Assembly: GCA_965204345.1 (NCBI GenBank)
Contig: OZ241981.1
Location: 1,088,001-1,152,000 of the forward strand
Direction: 5' to 3'
Source: Nitrosopumilus sp.
GTDB lineage: Archaea > Thermoproteota > Nitrososphaeria > Nitrososphaerales > Nitrosopumilaceae
Length of the DNA stretch: 64,000 bases
The notes under the pieces are model-generated. The model made no database searches and was not told the origin of the DNA. It worked only from the letters and a program-made list of their open reading frames with translations. This document shows positions 1-9,043 of the stretch, piece after piece. Numbering within the stretch: position 1 is the first letter of the stretch; every line of letters begins with the position of its first letter. Both the position numbers and the translations under genes were made by a program.

Positions 1-111
1 TTCAATGTTCAATGGGAAAAATTCCTGAAAACTTCTGGGGACGATTCAATTATAGCATATCAAGAAGCCATCAAAAAGTTCAACCAGGCATGGCAATCAG
101 GGCAAATGTGA
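1..111 (+). CDS. 3' end of an amphipathic helical protein, probable paralog of 3338..3751 (partial, runs off window start)
   Basis: Frame 1 reads FNVQWEKFLKTSGDDSIIAYQEAIKKFNQAWQSGQM* (TGA 109-111) and aligns by eye with the C-terminus of the 3338..3751 product. Confidence 0.65.
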   Translation, partial: FNVQWEKFLKTSGDDSIIAYQEAIKKFNQAWQSGQM

Positions 112-138
112 TTCTGTTGGTGTTATATTAGAAAGATT

Positions 139-2076
139 TTATTTTTTCATTTTTCCAATTCTAAAAACTTTACATTCACATACGGAACAAGTTCCTCTTA
201 TAGCTGGTCTTCCATTTTTCATGAGAGTTTCTTGTGGATTTTCAATAATTCTTTTTGTTTTGCATCTAACACAGTATGCTTCTTGTGAAATAGATTTTGA
301 AGATTTGGTTGAAGAAATATCTGAATGATCAAGTTGATTTTCAGTATTATCAAGTTTTTTGTTTTGTTTTTGTAATGTTTGTATAACTTCATATTCTATA
401 TAAGCAGATTCAAGTTTCTTGATCTCTTTTTCTAGTTTTTTAACTTTAGAAAATTGCTCATGGGTAGCTTCTTCTTCTTCCTCTTCTTCCTTTGGTTCTG
501 AATCAGGGAAATTATGAGATAACATAATATTTTCTAGATCATCAATTTGTTGTTGTAGAGTGTTTACCTGTTTCAATTGTTCAGGTGTAGCTTCCTCTTC
601 TTCTTCTTCCTTTGGTTCTGCAACAGGTTCTGGTGCAAGGTCTAGTTCTTGAGGAAGTTCTTCTGTGGATTCCTTTGGTAGTGAACCTCTAGGACTAGAA
701 GGTGGTTCTGGTTCTGCAACAGGTTCTGGTGCAAGGTCTAGTTCTTGAGGAAGTTCTTCTGTGGATTCCTTTGGTAGTGAACCTCTAGGACTAGAAGGTG
801 GTTCTGGTTCTGCAACAGGTTCTGGTGCAAGGTCTAGTTCTTGAGGAAGTTCTTCTGTGGATTCCTTTGGTAGTGAACCTCTAGGACTAGAAGGTGGTTC
901 TGGTTCTGCAACAGGTTCTGGTGCAAGGTCTAGTTCTTGAGGAAGTTCTTCTGTGGATTCCTTTGGTAGTGAACCTCTAGGACTAGAAGGTGGTTCTGGT
1001 TCTGCAACAGGTTCTGGTGCAAGGTCTAGTTCTTGAGGAAGTTCTTCTGTGGATTCCTTTGGTAGTGAACCTCTAGGACTAGAAGGTGGTTCTGGTTCTG
1101 CAACAGGTTCTGGTGCAAGGTCTAGTTCTTGAGGAAGTTCTTCTGTGGATTCCTTTGGTAGTGAACCTCTAGGACTAGAAGGTGGTTCTGGTTCTGCAAC
1201 AGGTTCTGGTGCAAGGTCTAGTTCTTGAGGAAGTTCTTCTGTGGATTCCTTTGGTAGTGAACCTCTAGGACTAGAAGGTGGTTCTGGTTCTGCAACAGGT
1301 TCTGGTTCTGCAACAGGTTCTGGTTCTGCAACAGGTTCTGGTGCAAGGTCTAGTTCTTGAGGAAGTTCTTCTGTGGATTCCTTTGGTAGTGAACCTCTAG
1401 GACTAGAAGGTGGTTCTGGTTCTGCAACAGGTTCTGGTGCAAGGTCTAGTTCTTGAGGAAGTTCTTCTGTGGATTCCTTTGGTAGTGAACCTCTAGGACT
1501 AGAAGGTGGTTCTGGTTCTGCAACAGGTTCTGGTTCTGCAACAGGTTCTGGTTCTGCAACAGGTTCTGGTGCAAGGTCTAGTTCTTGAGGAAGTTCTTCT
1601 GTGGATTCCTTTGGTAGTGAACCTCTAGGACTAGAAGGTGGTTCTGGTTCTGCAACAGGTTCTGGTTCTGCAACAGGTTCTGGTTCTGCAACAGGTTCTG
1701 GTTCTGCAACAGGTTCTGGTTCTGCAACAGGTTCTGGTTGTGATTCTAATCCTGGAATTGGGAAATTTTTTTCAAATGAAGAACTAGGTAAATCTCCCAA
1801 ATAATCTAATTTTACTTTATTTCCATCAATACGGAGATAAGGATTACCGTCAATTGAGAAGGTTTGAATTTTATGCCCTTTTTTCCATGAATTTTTTCCA
1901 CTGTAGACTGTAATGTACAATAATCCATTTTTGATATCAGATGCAATTGTTAAGCGATCTATAGGTTGACCCTTAGTAAGTCCTTCATCAATATCTTGAT
2001 GTCTAGTAGCTACTGAGATCAAATGCTCAGAATCATAACTTGTTTCAGAAATTATGTAGTCGGCCCATTTTTTCAT
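139..2076 (-). CDS. DUF3892-like N-terminal domain + Pro/Glu tandem-repeat linker + coiled coil + C-terminal DUF5679-like Zn ribbon
   Basis: N-terminal WADYIIS...[18 protein letters not shown] resembles DUF3892; C-terminal AYCVRCK...[23 protein letters not shown] resembles DUF5679. Confidence 0.75.
   Translation of the reverse strand: MKKWADYIISETSYDSEHLISVATRHQDIDEGLTKGQPIDRLTIASDIKNGLLYITVYSGKNSWKKGHKIQTFSIDGNPYLRIDGNKVKLDYLGDLPSSSFEKNFPIPGLESQPEPVAEPEPVAEPEPVAEPEPVAEPEPVAEPEPPSSPRGSLPKESTEELPQELDLAPEPVAEPEPVAEPEPVAEPEPPSSPRGSLPKESTEELPQELDLAPEPVAEPEPPSSPRGSLPKESTEELPQELDLAPEPVAEPEPVAEPEPVAEPEPPSSPRGSLPKESTEELPQELDLAPEPVAEPEPPSSPRGSLPKESTEELPQELDLAPEPVAEPEPPSSPRGSLPKESTEELPQELDLAPEPVAEPEPPSSPRGSLPKESTEELPQELDLAPEPVAEPEPPSSPRGSLPKESTEELPQELDLAPEPVAEPEPPSSPRGSLPKESTEELPQELDLAPEPVAEPEPPSSPRGSLPKESTEELPQELDLAPEPVAEPKEEEEEEATPEQLKQVNTLQQQIDDLENIMLSHNFPDSEPKEEEEEEEATHEQFSKVKKLEKEIKKLESAYIEYEVIQTLQKQNKKLDNTENQLDHSDISSTKSSKSISQEAYCVRCKTKRIIENPQETLMKNGRPAIRGTCSVCECKVFRIGKMKK
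613..1738 (-). repeat. Coding tandem repeat: 10 copies of a 96-bp unit (32 aa) with variable numbers of an 18-bp EPEPVA subunit
   Basis: gtgaacctctagg recurs at about 681, 777, 873, 969, 1065, 1161, 1257, 1389, 1485 and 1617 (spacing 96 or 132 bp); copies look nucleotide-identical. Confidence 0.97.
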
Positions 2077-2243
2077 TATAAAAAATATTGGTTATTTTCT
2101 ACTAATTAATCAATGATTCTGAATTAGCATATTGTCAAAAAAACAAAATTATAGCTTCTTCAAGTATGTTAAAAAATAAGAATTTTGAAGAAATAGGCTC
2201 AAAAAAAATAGGATTATTACTAGTATAATTTTACCATAAATAG

Positions 2244-2627
2244 ATGGAAATTTCTGTTGAGCCTTGGAAAAAATTAGTTATTCATGAAGTAATTGAGTAC
2301 AAATTTGAAGATTGGGTCAAGCAAATAGCATTCAGTACGCGATCATCAGGAGGTGGAATTCCTACCATGCAGTGGACAAACGGTATTGTTTTTTCTCCAG
2401 CAAAGTTTCCAACGACTAATTCTACAGTTGATGAGCAATTGAAAGGTACTTTACATTGGTCTTCAGTATCATTTGCAATTAAAGAGAAGTTTGAAAAACA
2501 AATTGTGAAAGAAAATGCTACAATTAATTTAGTTGATGTTAGTGTAAATCAAATTTTTAAGGAATTGGCAACTAGACTAAAAGCACAATCAAAATATTCT
2601 TCCTTAGAATCTGACAAAACCCAATGA
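2244..2627 (+). CDS. Conserved archaeal hypothetical protein
   Basis: 127-aa ORF with normal composition; 4-bp overlap with the next ORF. Confidence 0.75.
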   Translation: MEISVEPWKKLVIHEVIEYKFEDWVKQIAFSTRSSGGGIPTMQWTNGIVFSPAKFPTTNSTVDEQLKGTLHWSSVSFAIKEKFEKQIVKENATINLVDVSVNQIFKELATRLKAQSKYSSLESDKTQ

Positions 2628-3310
2628 ACATGGACGAAGCAATTAATGAATGTGAGATTCTCTTAAAACAGATTAAACAATATGAGCCAGATCCATTTTA
2701 CGTAAATTATTTTTTTGATCAATTTATTGATAAAACTGATTATATTATTTCAGGTATTTTTGAAGAGGCAAATAATGATTTTGGATTATTTCTAACAGAG
2801 CAGTTTTCTGAAAAAAGCTTTTATGAAAAAGCAAAGGTAAAAAATGATAAAAATGCGATAAAATTTTCTGAATGGTTTGCAATGAAATACAGCGAAGAAC
2901 ATGAAAATTTATATCCAAATTTTATAAGTAAAATATTTGATTTTAAGAAAAAATTTGGAAAACTACCACAAATTAAAATTATGATCAGGGCAAAAGATAG
3001 ATACAAAGATGATGTAAATCAACAAATCAAAATCAATTTGAGTAATGAGAAGTTGCGATCAAAAAAGGAATTACAAATTGAAATTAAGAGACAAATGCCA
3101 ATATTTCTAGAAATTATTAACAGCAAGAGACAAATCAAAAATGAGCCCAAAGTAAAAGAAAATCAAATTGTTGCATCGACTTTTTTAGGTATTGAAAATC
3201 AGGGTGAGATTGAAATTGTGTATGCAACACAAATTTACATTCCAGTATTAAGAAGGTTGGTTGGAGAATCTAGAAAAAAAATTAGAGAGTTAACCAGTAA
3301 GACTTGTTAG
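2624..3310 (+). CDS. Hypothetical protein
   Basis: 228-aa ORF, ATGA overlap with upstream gene. Confidence 0.7.
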   Translation: MNMDEAINECEILLKQIKQYEPDPFYVNYFFDQFIDKTDYIISGIFEEANNDFGLFLTEQFSEKSFYEKAKVKNDKNAIKFSEWFAMKYSEEHENLYPNFISKIFDFKKKFGKLPQIKIMIRAKDRYKDDVNQQIKINLSNEKLRSKKELQIEIKRQMPIFLEIINSKRQIKNEPKVKENQIVASTFLGIENQGEIEIVYATQIYIPVLRRLVGESRKKIRELTSKTC

Positions 3311-3337
3311 CCAAATGGAAGAGCTTGGCCTAAAACA

Positions 3338-3751
3338 TTATTGGGGTTTTGGCCACATCGATGCCCATGTTTCAGAAAATTTTTTCATCATTTCACCATA
3401 AGCATTCATCTGTTCTAGGCCAGATGAACTAAGAGACTTTTGCCAATTTTCAGCAAATTGTTTGAATGATGCTACATTAGTGTCGTTGGGAGGCATTTGC
3501 CAATTTTCAGCAAGTTCCTTAAGAGAATTCACGCCTGCATTGCTGAGAGCTTTTTGCCAATTTTCAGTAAATAATTTTATGATTTCAGTACTTGACTCTA
3601 CAGTTGCTTTATCCCAAACATCGTTGAATTTTGATTGCATGTCTTTACTTGCATTTTGAATTTGTTCAAAAAGCGTTTTCCAATTTTCAAGTGACTTTGT
3701 ATATTCCTGCCACAGCGAGTCCCATTCCACGTTCTTTTGGTCTTCAGACAT
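3338..3751 (-). CDS. Amphipathic helical protein with repeated (F/L)xENWQ motifs (phasin/PhaE/apolipoprotein-like)
   Basis: Trp-rich helical repeats LENWK, FTENWQK, LAENWQ, FAENWQK; no catalytic motif. Confidence 0.65.
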   Translation of the reverse strand: MSEDQKNVEWDSLWQEYTKSLENWKTLFEQIQNASKDMQSKFNDVWDKATVESSTEIIKLFTENWQKALSNAGVNSLKELAENWQMPPNDTNVASFKQFAENWQKSLSSSGLEQMNAYGEMMKKFSETWASMWPKPQ

Positions 3752-3817
3752 AACATGACATGAATTCCCTGACTCTTAAATGGATCCCCTGATGTTAGGC
3801 GTTGCATTGCACAAAAA

Positions 3818-4231
3818 TTAGTCTGCCCATTCAAGTTTGGACATTGAGAAAGTGTATAATTCTATGTTAGGATATCTTTCAGTTAAAGCATCTTTAACAT
3901 TAGATAATTCCTCATAATATACTTCATCATTAATTTCTACCCATAATCCATCCTGATCTGGATCATTTGGCATGGATGGTATACCCATCAAATTGATTGG
4001 AGCTCGATCAAAAACATTTACCAAGTCATCATCTGAAGTCAGAGTACCACTCATAATTTCACGTAATGTTGACTCGGCTAGTTCTAATTCATTAGTTATG
4101 CTAGCTGGTTCTAGTTCATCAGGAAAATTTTCTTGTCCTGGTACCGTTTGTGTCATTGCCACTGCTGGTATCAGCATAAGCATAGCTATTGAAGTCATTA
4201 TTATCGTTTTTCTAATCACTGAAGGATTCAT
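3818..4231 (-). CDS. Hypothetical secreted acidic protein (ORF open to 4288; likely start 4231)
   Basis: Signal-peptide-like MNPSVIRKTIIMTSIAMLMLIPAVA followed by an acidic domain. Confidence 0.5.
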   Translation of the reverse strand: MNPSVIRKTIIMTSIAMLMLIPAVAMTQTVPGQENFPDELEPASITNELELAESTLREIMSGTLTSDDDLVNVFDRAPINLMGIPSMPNDPDQDGLWVEINDEVYYEELSNVKDALTERYPNIELYTFSMSKLEWAD

Positions 4232-4572
4232 TATAATTATAGGCCGTATATCTGCATGTAAATCAGCGTAACGGTTTAGGTTAGGCATGAGTCCTAGATT
4301 GGTTCAAGCATAGATTTTGATCTCTGAGAATGGTGAACCTAACCTCATACAAATTGGCAGTATTTGTCTTATCCAAAGACTAGTTTGCTAATTCATGGGA
4401 CATCTTTATCCATTTTGGGTTGTTTTTTTTTGGGTTGCAGAAGAGGATCTCTTTGTTCCTAAATGCCTTGATGATTTCCAGTCAAATCTTGGACTTGAAA
4501 TAATCCCCAGCCCAACCCTGAACTTGTCAATCTTTAGTGTGGCAGAATTTCTGCATATTGGCATGCTGCACG

Positions 4573-5052
4573 CTACTTTGCACGGTTCTTTATCCGCCTT
4601 TCCATTCTGACTTTGCCCTCCTCGAACTTTGCCCTGTCCTCGTCTGTCTTGAGGGACATCTTGGGGACATGAAGCGGCTTTCCCTCTCCGTCTAGCGCTA
4701 CAAAGGTCACAAACGCTGTGCCGGTCTTGGTTTTTATTCCAGTTACAATGTCTTCTGCCTCTGCCCCTACCTCGATCTCCATTGACGAGTTGTGGACATA
4801 GTTTATCCTGGCATCAAGTCTCAGGACGTTGCCGACAAATACCGGCTTGAGAAAGTTCACACTGTCCATGCAAACGGTGACAGCGTTTGACTGCGAGTGT
4901 CGCTGGGCGACAATCCCGGCAACCATGTCTATATGCTTGAGTATTTCGCCTCCAAACACGTTTCCAGCAGGGTTTGCATCGGAGGGAAACATTCTTACAA
5001 TTACCTCGGCATGCGATTCTGAGGGACTCTTTTCAAGGCTATTCGTAACCAT
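4573..5052 (-). CDS. Acyl-CoA thioesterase (hotdog fold, YciA-like)
   Basis: DANPAGNVFGGEILKHID motif; FLKPVFVG; FVTFVALD. Confidence 0.92.
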   Translation of the reverse strand: MVTNSLEKSPSESHAEVIVRMFPSDANPAGNVFGGEILKHIDMVAGIVAQRHSQSNAVTVCMDSVNFLKPVFVGNVLRLDARINYVHNSSMEIEVGAEAEDIVTGIKTKTGTAFVTFVALDGEGKPLHVPKMSLKTDEDRAKFEEGKVRMERRIKNRAK

Positions 5053-5098
5053 GATACACCCAAATGTATCCCATCCAATTTAATCTAAACATTTGCCG

Positions 5099-6439
5099 CT
5101 ATTTCCCGATGTACTTGTTCAAGTCAATCCTGTCCATTTTAGGAATCCTTGCGAGCTCAAACCCCTCGGGTCTCTTTGAGAGAGGCCGCGTCGCATCAAT
5201 GCCCATCTTTGCAGTTTGTAATTTCTGCTGGTTGCTAGAAGGATCCAGACTAGAACCGCGAACGTTTTTGATAATAACAAGATCCTTATCAGCTTGAAAT
5301 CGTGTAGCCATAGCATATTCTACAGATTCTGCATTATTGGGATCTATATCTTCATCAACTACAGTTACCTGTTTTAGTGAACGGTGTGATTCAAAGGTTT
5401 TTTTAATAATTTTTTTAGGATCAGAATTGTTTTTCTTTTTGATTTGTACAACAGCATGTAGCCAATTACACCCACCATTAGTCATTGAAACCTGTATTGT
5501 TTGCGAAAACGATTTTTTTAATTCCCCATTTAGTTTGGATTCAATTGGCATTCCCATTAGTAGTCGATGTTCTGAGAATCCTGAGAGAACATCATGGAAA
5601 ATTGGATCATTTCTAAAATATAGATTATCAAGTTCAAAGACAGGTTGAGACCTTTTGTGATCATATGTTTGAAGCATTTCTACCATCCATTCAGGATGAG
5701 TTTTATCCTGGAGTATTCTGCCCTCCATTACAATCTCAGAACCAGATGGAACATTTAATCCTGTAAATGGTAATTTTGCTAAAGTTAATTTTCCACCCAA
5801 AAGGGAATTTGCTATATCGATTTCATCCTTTCCCCAATCAGCTTGATATGCACCAGCAATGGATATGGCTGGATGTACACCAACAGTAATAGCAATTTTT
5901 AGATCTTGACCATGTTCTTTGGCATCAGTAAAACATCTGTGCAAATGACGACCTTCAACCATTCTTATGGAAAAATGAGTTTTGTCAATTGGCATCATTC
6001 TATGAAAGGATGAATTTTGTTTTCCTGTTTCTGGGTTTTTTGCATATGCAATAGATGATGTGATGAATGGACCAGATTCTTTTTCAAAATGAGTTACTAT
6101 AGGCATGGAAAATATGTCTTTTGACTGATTTTCCATAAATTTTCCTGATGATATGATCTTGGGTTTTTTGGCCTGTTTAATTGCAGAAATGACTTTTTTG
6201 TGAATATTGAATTCTGAGCCTCCAACTGCAATACCAAATCGCTTTCTAGTTCCAACAAGATTGGCAATTAATTTAAAATTACTTTCTTTGATATTTTCAA
6301 ATAATACAGCATTAGAGCCGTCAACTTTTGCAGTGATCCCGGCAATTTCATATTTGGTTGAAACCCTAGTTCTTACAGTTTTAAGTTCGTGAATTTTTTT
6401 AATTTGGGAAATGTAGCTCCTTAAATCACTCATTCTCAA
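5099..6439 (-). CDS. ubiD: UbiD-family prFMN-dependent decarboxylase (in archaea often anhydromevalonate phosphate decarboxylase)
   Basis: SFHRM, VPSGSEIVMEG, VTVVDEDID, GSSLDPS and KMGIDAT motifs. Confidence 0.9.
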   Translation of the reverse strand: MRMSDLRSYISQIKKIHELKTVRTRVSTKYEIAGITAKVDGSNAVLFENIKESNFKLIANLVGTRKRFGIAVGGSEFNIHKKVISAIKQAKKPKIISSGKFMENQSKDIFSMPIVTHFEKESGPFITSSIAYAKNPETGKQNSSFHRMMPIDKTHFSIRMVEGRHLHRCFTDAKEHGQDLKIAITVGVHPAISIAGAYQADWGKDEIDIANSLLGGKLTLAKLPFTGLNVPSGSEIVMEGRILQDKTHPEWMVEMLQTYDHKRSQPVFELDNLYFRNDPIFHDVLSGFSEHRLLMGMPIESKLNGELKKSFSQTIQVSMTNGGCNWLHAVVQIKKKNNSDPKKIIKKTFESHRSLKQVTVVDEDIDPNNAESVEYAMATRFQADKDLVIIKNVRGSSLDPSSNQQKLQTAKMGIDATRPLSKRPEGFELARIPKMDRIDLNKYIGK

Positions 6440-6770
6440 TCATCTCCATAATCTCAGACATTAAGGCTTTTGCAGTATTAGGCTCTAAAGGCTTTTGAAT
6501 AAAAGTGGAAACTAATGAAATGCCTTTCATTCTGGTACTAATTCGTTCAGCTGTAAGTTTTAAAAAAAGGGCTTCGGATCTAGAGGGAATAATGGTAGTA
6601 GTAATAGGTGTAGGTCCAGTAGCTAAAGATACAACCATGGATCCTAACTTGTTAGAACCTTCAGTAACAGAAACAAAATATCCATTTTCAAATTTTTGAA
6701 TTTGTAAAGAAAAACTGCGACTCTCCAAACTTACCATTTTCTGGAAAAATCCATTTGGAGAGGTCAACAA
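6426..6770 (-). CDS. Conserved hypothetical protein, possibly proteasome assembly chaperone (PAC4)-like
   Basis: 114-aa beta/alpha protein with KLGSMVVSL motif; family assignment tentative. Confidence 0.55.
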   Translation of the reverse strand: MLTSPNGFFQKMVSLESRSFSLQIQKFENGYFVSVTEGSNKLGSMVVSLATGPTPITTTIIPSRSEALFLKLTAERISTRMKGISLVSTFIQKPLEPNTAKALMSEIMEMIENE

Positions 6771-6784
6771 GCTATGAACAAATC

Positions 6785-7255
6785 TTATGCTTTTATTGCT
6801 ATTGATTCACTAGTCTGGGAAGATACAACTTCAGTATTCTTCTTGCAATTCTTTGCATGTTTATCTGGATAAACAAAGAGTTTTTCACAATATTTGCATG
6901 GAGATTTTTCTTTAGTTTTTGCTTTGGATTTTATTGTTTTAGATTTAGCAGTTTTAGCTTTGGATTTAGCTTTGGATTTAGCTTTTGATCTGACTGCTAT
7001 TTCTTCAACTTTTGATTCAATTCCAGTAGCTGCTGCAGCTTCCATAGAATCAGCTTCAACTCTAGCGCGTAATTTTGCTTTGTATTTCAAATTACGTGGT
7101 TTTGTTCTTAATCTATACCCACAACATGGACACCAAAGTCCTTCCCATTTGATGAATATTTCACAAATTTGGCATCGACGTTGTCCAGAAGCGTATCTTC
7201 CAGTGCCAACAGGCTTTTGAGCCTTATATCTAACACAAATTCCTTTACAAGTCAT
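6785..7255 (-). CDS. Cys-rich Zn-finger protein with Lys/Ala-rich tail and second CxxC/HxxxC finger
   Basis: CKGIC, CQIC, CPCC; KAKSKAKSKAKTAK; CKYC...HAKNC. Confidence 0.8.
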   Translation of the reverse strand: MTCKGICVRYKAQKPVGTGRYASGQRRCQICEIFIKWEGLWCPCCGYRLRTKPRNLKYKAKLRARVEADSMEAAAATGIESKVEEIAVRSKAKSKAKSKAKTAKSKTIKSKAKTKEKSPCKYCEKLFVYPDKHAKNCKKNTEVVSSQTSESIAIKA

Positions 7256-7605
7256 CTTGGTACCATATTATAGAATTCATAACTATATAAGCATGGATCG
7301 ATAAAATCTATATAAAATTGTAAGAAAAGTTGAAAAAAATAGATCATATATGCCGATTAAAATTATTATTTTCAAATAAAACCATAAAATCATCAATAAA
7401 TATGTATAGCTTATTTCAAAACAATATTTTATGAAAAATTAACAGGTAGTAATATAGTTGTTTGATAAATTATTTCATTTTTTTAAAAGAAAATAATGAA
7501 AAATTAGAATATTCTCATACTTTTACTATTATTAGCCGAATACAAAATTAGAAAGTTTCTAAAATAGACTTAGGTTTAATCATTTTTTGTCATAATAAAC
7601 AAAAT

Positions 7606-8259
7606 TCATCCCGTAATTGACAAAGGAAGAATTGAATGTCTGTATCCATCCCGCTGAGAAATATATTTTGCAGAGAGCATATCACGTTTGCCTCCTTGAT
7701 TAAAATTTTTAATCTTTAAACTAGTTTTTCTTTCATCTACAAATTCTAGTTGAAATGATGAACAAAATTTTAGATTAAGCATTGTTACAATTTGTTTTGC
7801 AATAGCCATATTTCCATTTCCAATTTTTAGAATTCTTCTTTTAGCTCTGAGTCCGCCTAAAATTTGGATTATATGTAAAACTAATTTTTCAATTGAGGTG
7901 TGAACTGAGCTTTCAATTTCTGCTCCATAGTAAAATATTGATAAACCCATTCTTTGCCCAGGATCAATGCCCAAAATCAAATCTTCTTCTTCAAAATCTA
8001 GACCAATTTTTTGCAATATTATTCCTCTAATTACAGTGGGATGATATTGAAGAATATCATCATGAAATAAAATTTTCTTACATTTTTGAGGTGATTCTTT
8101 TTTGGTAGTAAATACTAGATGTCCGGAATAATCATGAATTTCTTCAGGTAGAATAGTATCAAAAGATAGATTAAGAGACTTGAGATATGTTGAAAATTTA
8201 TAGTATGGCTTACCATAAGCTGTAGCAAGTCCAATACGGAAATTTTGTAGGGGATCCAT
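7606..8259 (-). CDS. Hypothetical protein with C-terminal RNase H-like (YqgF/RuvC-like) domain
   Basis: LILGIDPG, IGNG, FVDERKTS and DMLSAKYI motifs. Confidence 0.65.
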   Translation of the reverse strand: MDPLQNFRIGLATAYGKPYYKFSTYLKSLNLSFDTILPEEIHDYSGHLVFTTKKESPQKCKKILFHDDILQYHPTVIRGIILQKIGLDFEEEDLILGIDPGQRMGLSIFYYGAEIESSVHTSIEKLVLHIIQILGGLRAKRRILKIGNGNMAIAKQIVTMLNLKFCSSFQLEFVDERKTSLKIKNFNQGGKRDMLSAKYISQRDGYRHSILPLSITG

Positions 8260-8289
8260 AACTAATAAAATGAAATATGGGATTTAGGT

Positions 8290-8625
8290 TTATGCTTTCA
8301 AAACAATTGACACCACATGTTTGACTGCCTCATCAAAATTAGTATCAATTCTAGATTGGATTTCAGATAGTTTTGCATCGCCTTCTTGAGCTATTTTTGC
8401 AGATTCAGCAGTTGCTTTATCTTTTGATGCATTGATAGCCACTTCAGCTTCTCTAGTAGCCATTTCTCTGGTTTTCTCCAACAAAATATCAATTTCTGAT
8501 TGAGTCTTTACAGATAGTTGTTTTTTTATATCCCCAACTTTACTGTTTAGGGAATCTAGATCATCCTCCAAAGCATTCAAGGATTTGATGATTCCCGTAA
8601 CTTTGGATTCGGCAACACTGCTCAT
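8290..8625 (-). CDS. Probable A/V-type ATP synthase peripheral-stalk subunit H (G)
   Basis: 111-aa coiled coil ending AESAKIAQEG...NFDEAVKHVVSIVLKA, as in archaeal subunit H. Confidence 0.6.
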   Translation of the reverse strand: MSSVAESKVTGIIKSLNALEDDLDSLNSKVGDIKKQLSVKTQSEIDILLEKTREMATREAEVAINASKDKATAESAKIAQEGDAKLSEIQSRIDTNFDEAVKHVVSIVLKA

Positions 8626-8698
8626 TATACTCCAAATCTAATAATCCCATTACTTAAATCATTCATTTTTAGGCACAAAAATGAGATATTTGTGGATT

Positions 8699-9043
8699 TT
8701 ATCCTGAGGTTAAGAGCAAAATGGCTCTTGCCAGATCGCCTTTAGTTTCTTCTAAAGCACCTTTTGCCTTTTCTTCATCAACACCTGCCTGTTGACTGAC
8801 TAGCTGAATATCTTCTTCTGAGAAGATTGGAACTTCTAGCTCTTTTTCTTCATAACCATCTGCTGTTACTGTAAAAATGGAATTGTCTTTTGCCTTCATC
8901 TCAGTCACAGAAGGCTTGGAGATAATAATTTCTTTTTTGTCGGTTTTAATTATTACTTCTTGAACATTGGATAATTCATTCATATCCAGACCCATCTTAT
9001 CCATCATTCTTCGCATTTCGCGATTGCCTCCTCCCCGCATCAT
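8699..9043 (-). CDS. nac: Nascent polypeptide-associated complex protein
   Basis: REMRRMMDKMGL NAC domain; C-terminal UBA EEDIQLVSQQAGV...GDLARAIL. Confidence 0.95.
   Translation of the reverse strand: MMRGGGNREMRRMMDKMGLDMNELSNVQEVIIKTDKKEIIISKPSVTEMKAKDNSIFTVTADGYEEKELEVPIFSEEDIQLVSQQAGVDEEKAKGALEETKGDLARAILLLTSG

Noticed and set aside
613-1738. Regular repeat array considered as a CRISPR array
   Set aside because: No unique spacers; units are contiguous, multiples of 3 and lie in frame within one ORF; no cas genes in the window
1601-1804. Plus-strand GSGSAT-repeat ORF
   Set aside because: Antisense shadow of the EPEPVA repeat
4395-4610. 71-aa plus-strand ORF and a 52-aa minus-strand ORF in the same gap
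   Set aside because: No recognisable motif; the plus ORF overlaps the thioesterase end; insufficient support
7256-7605. AT-rich gap considered as a replication origin or ncRNA
   Set aside because: No ORB-like repeats with G-strings, no cdc6 nearby, no GC-rich stems
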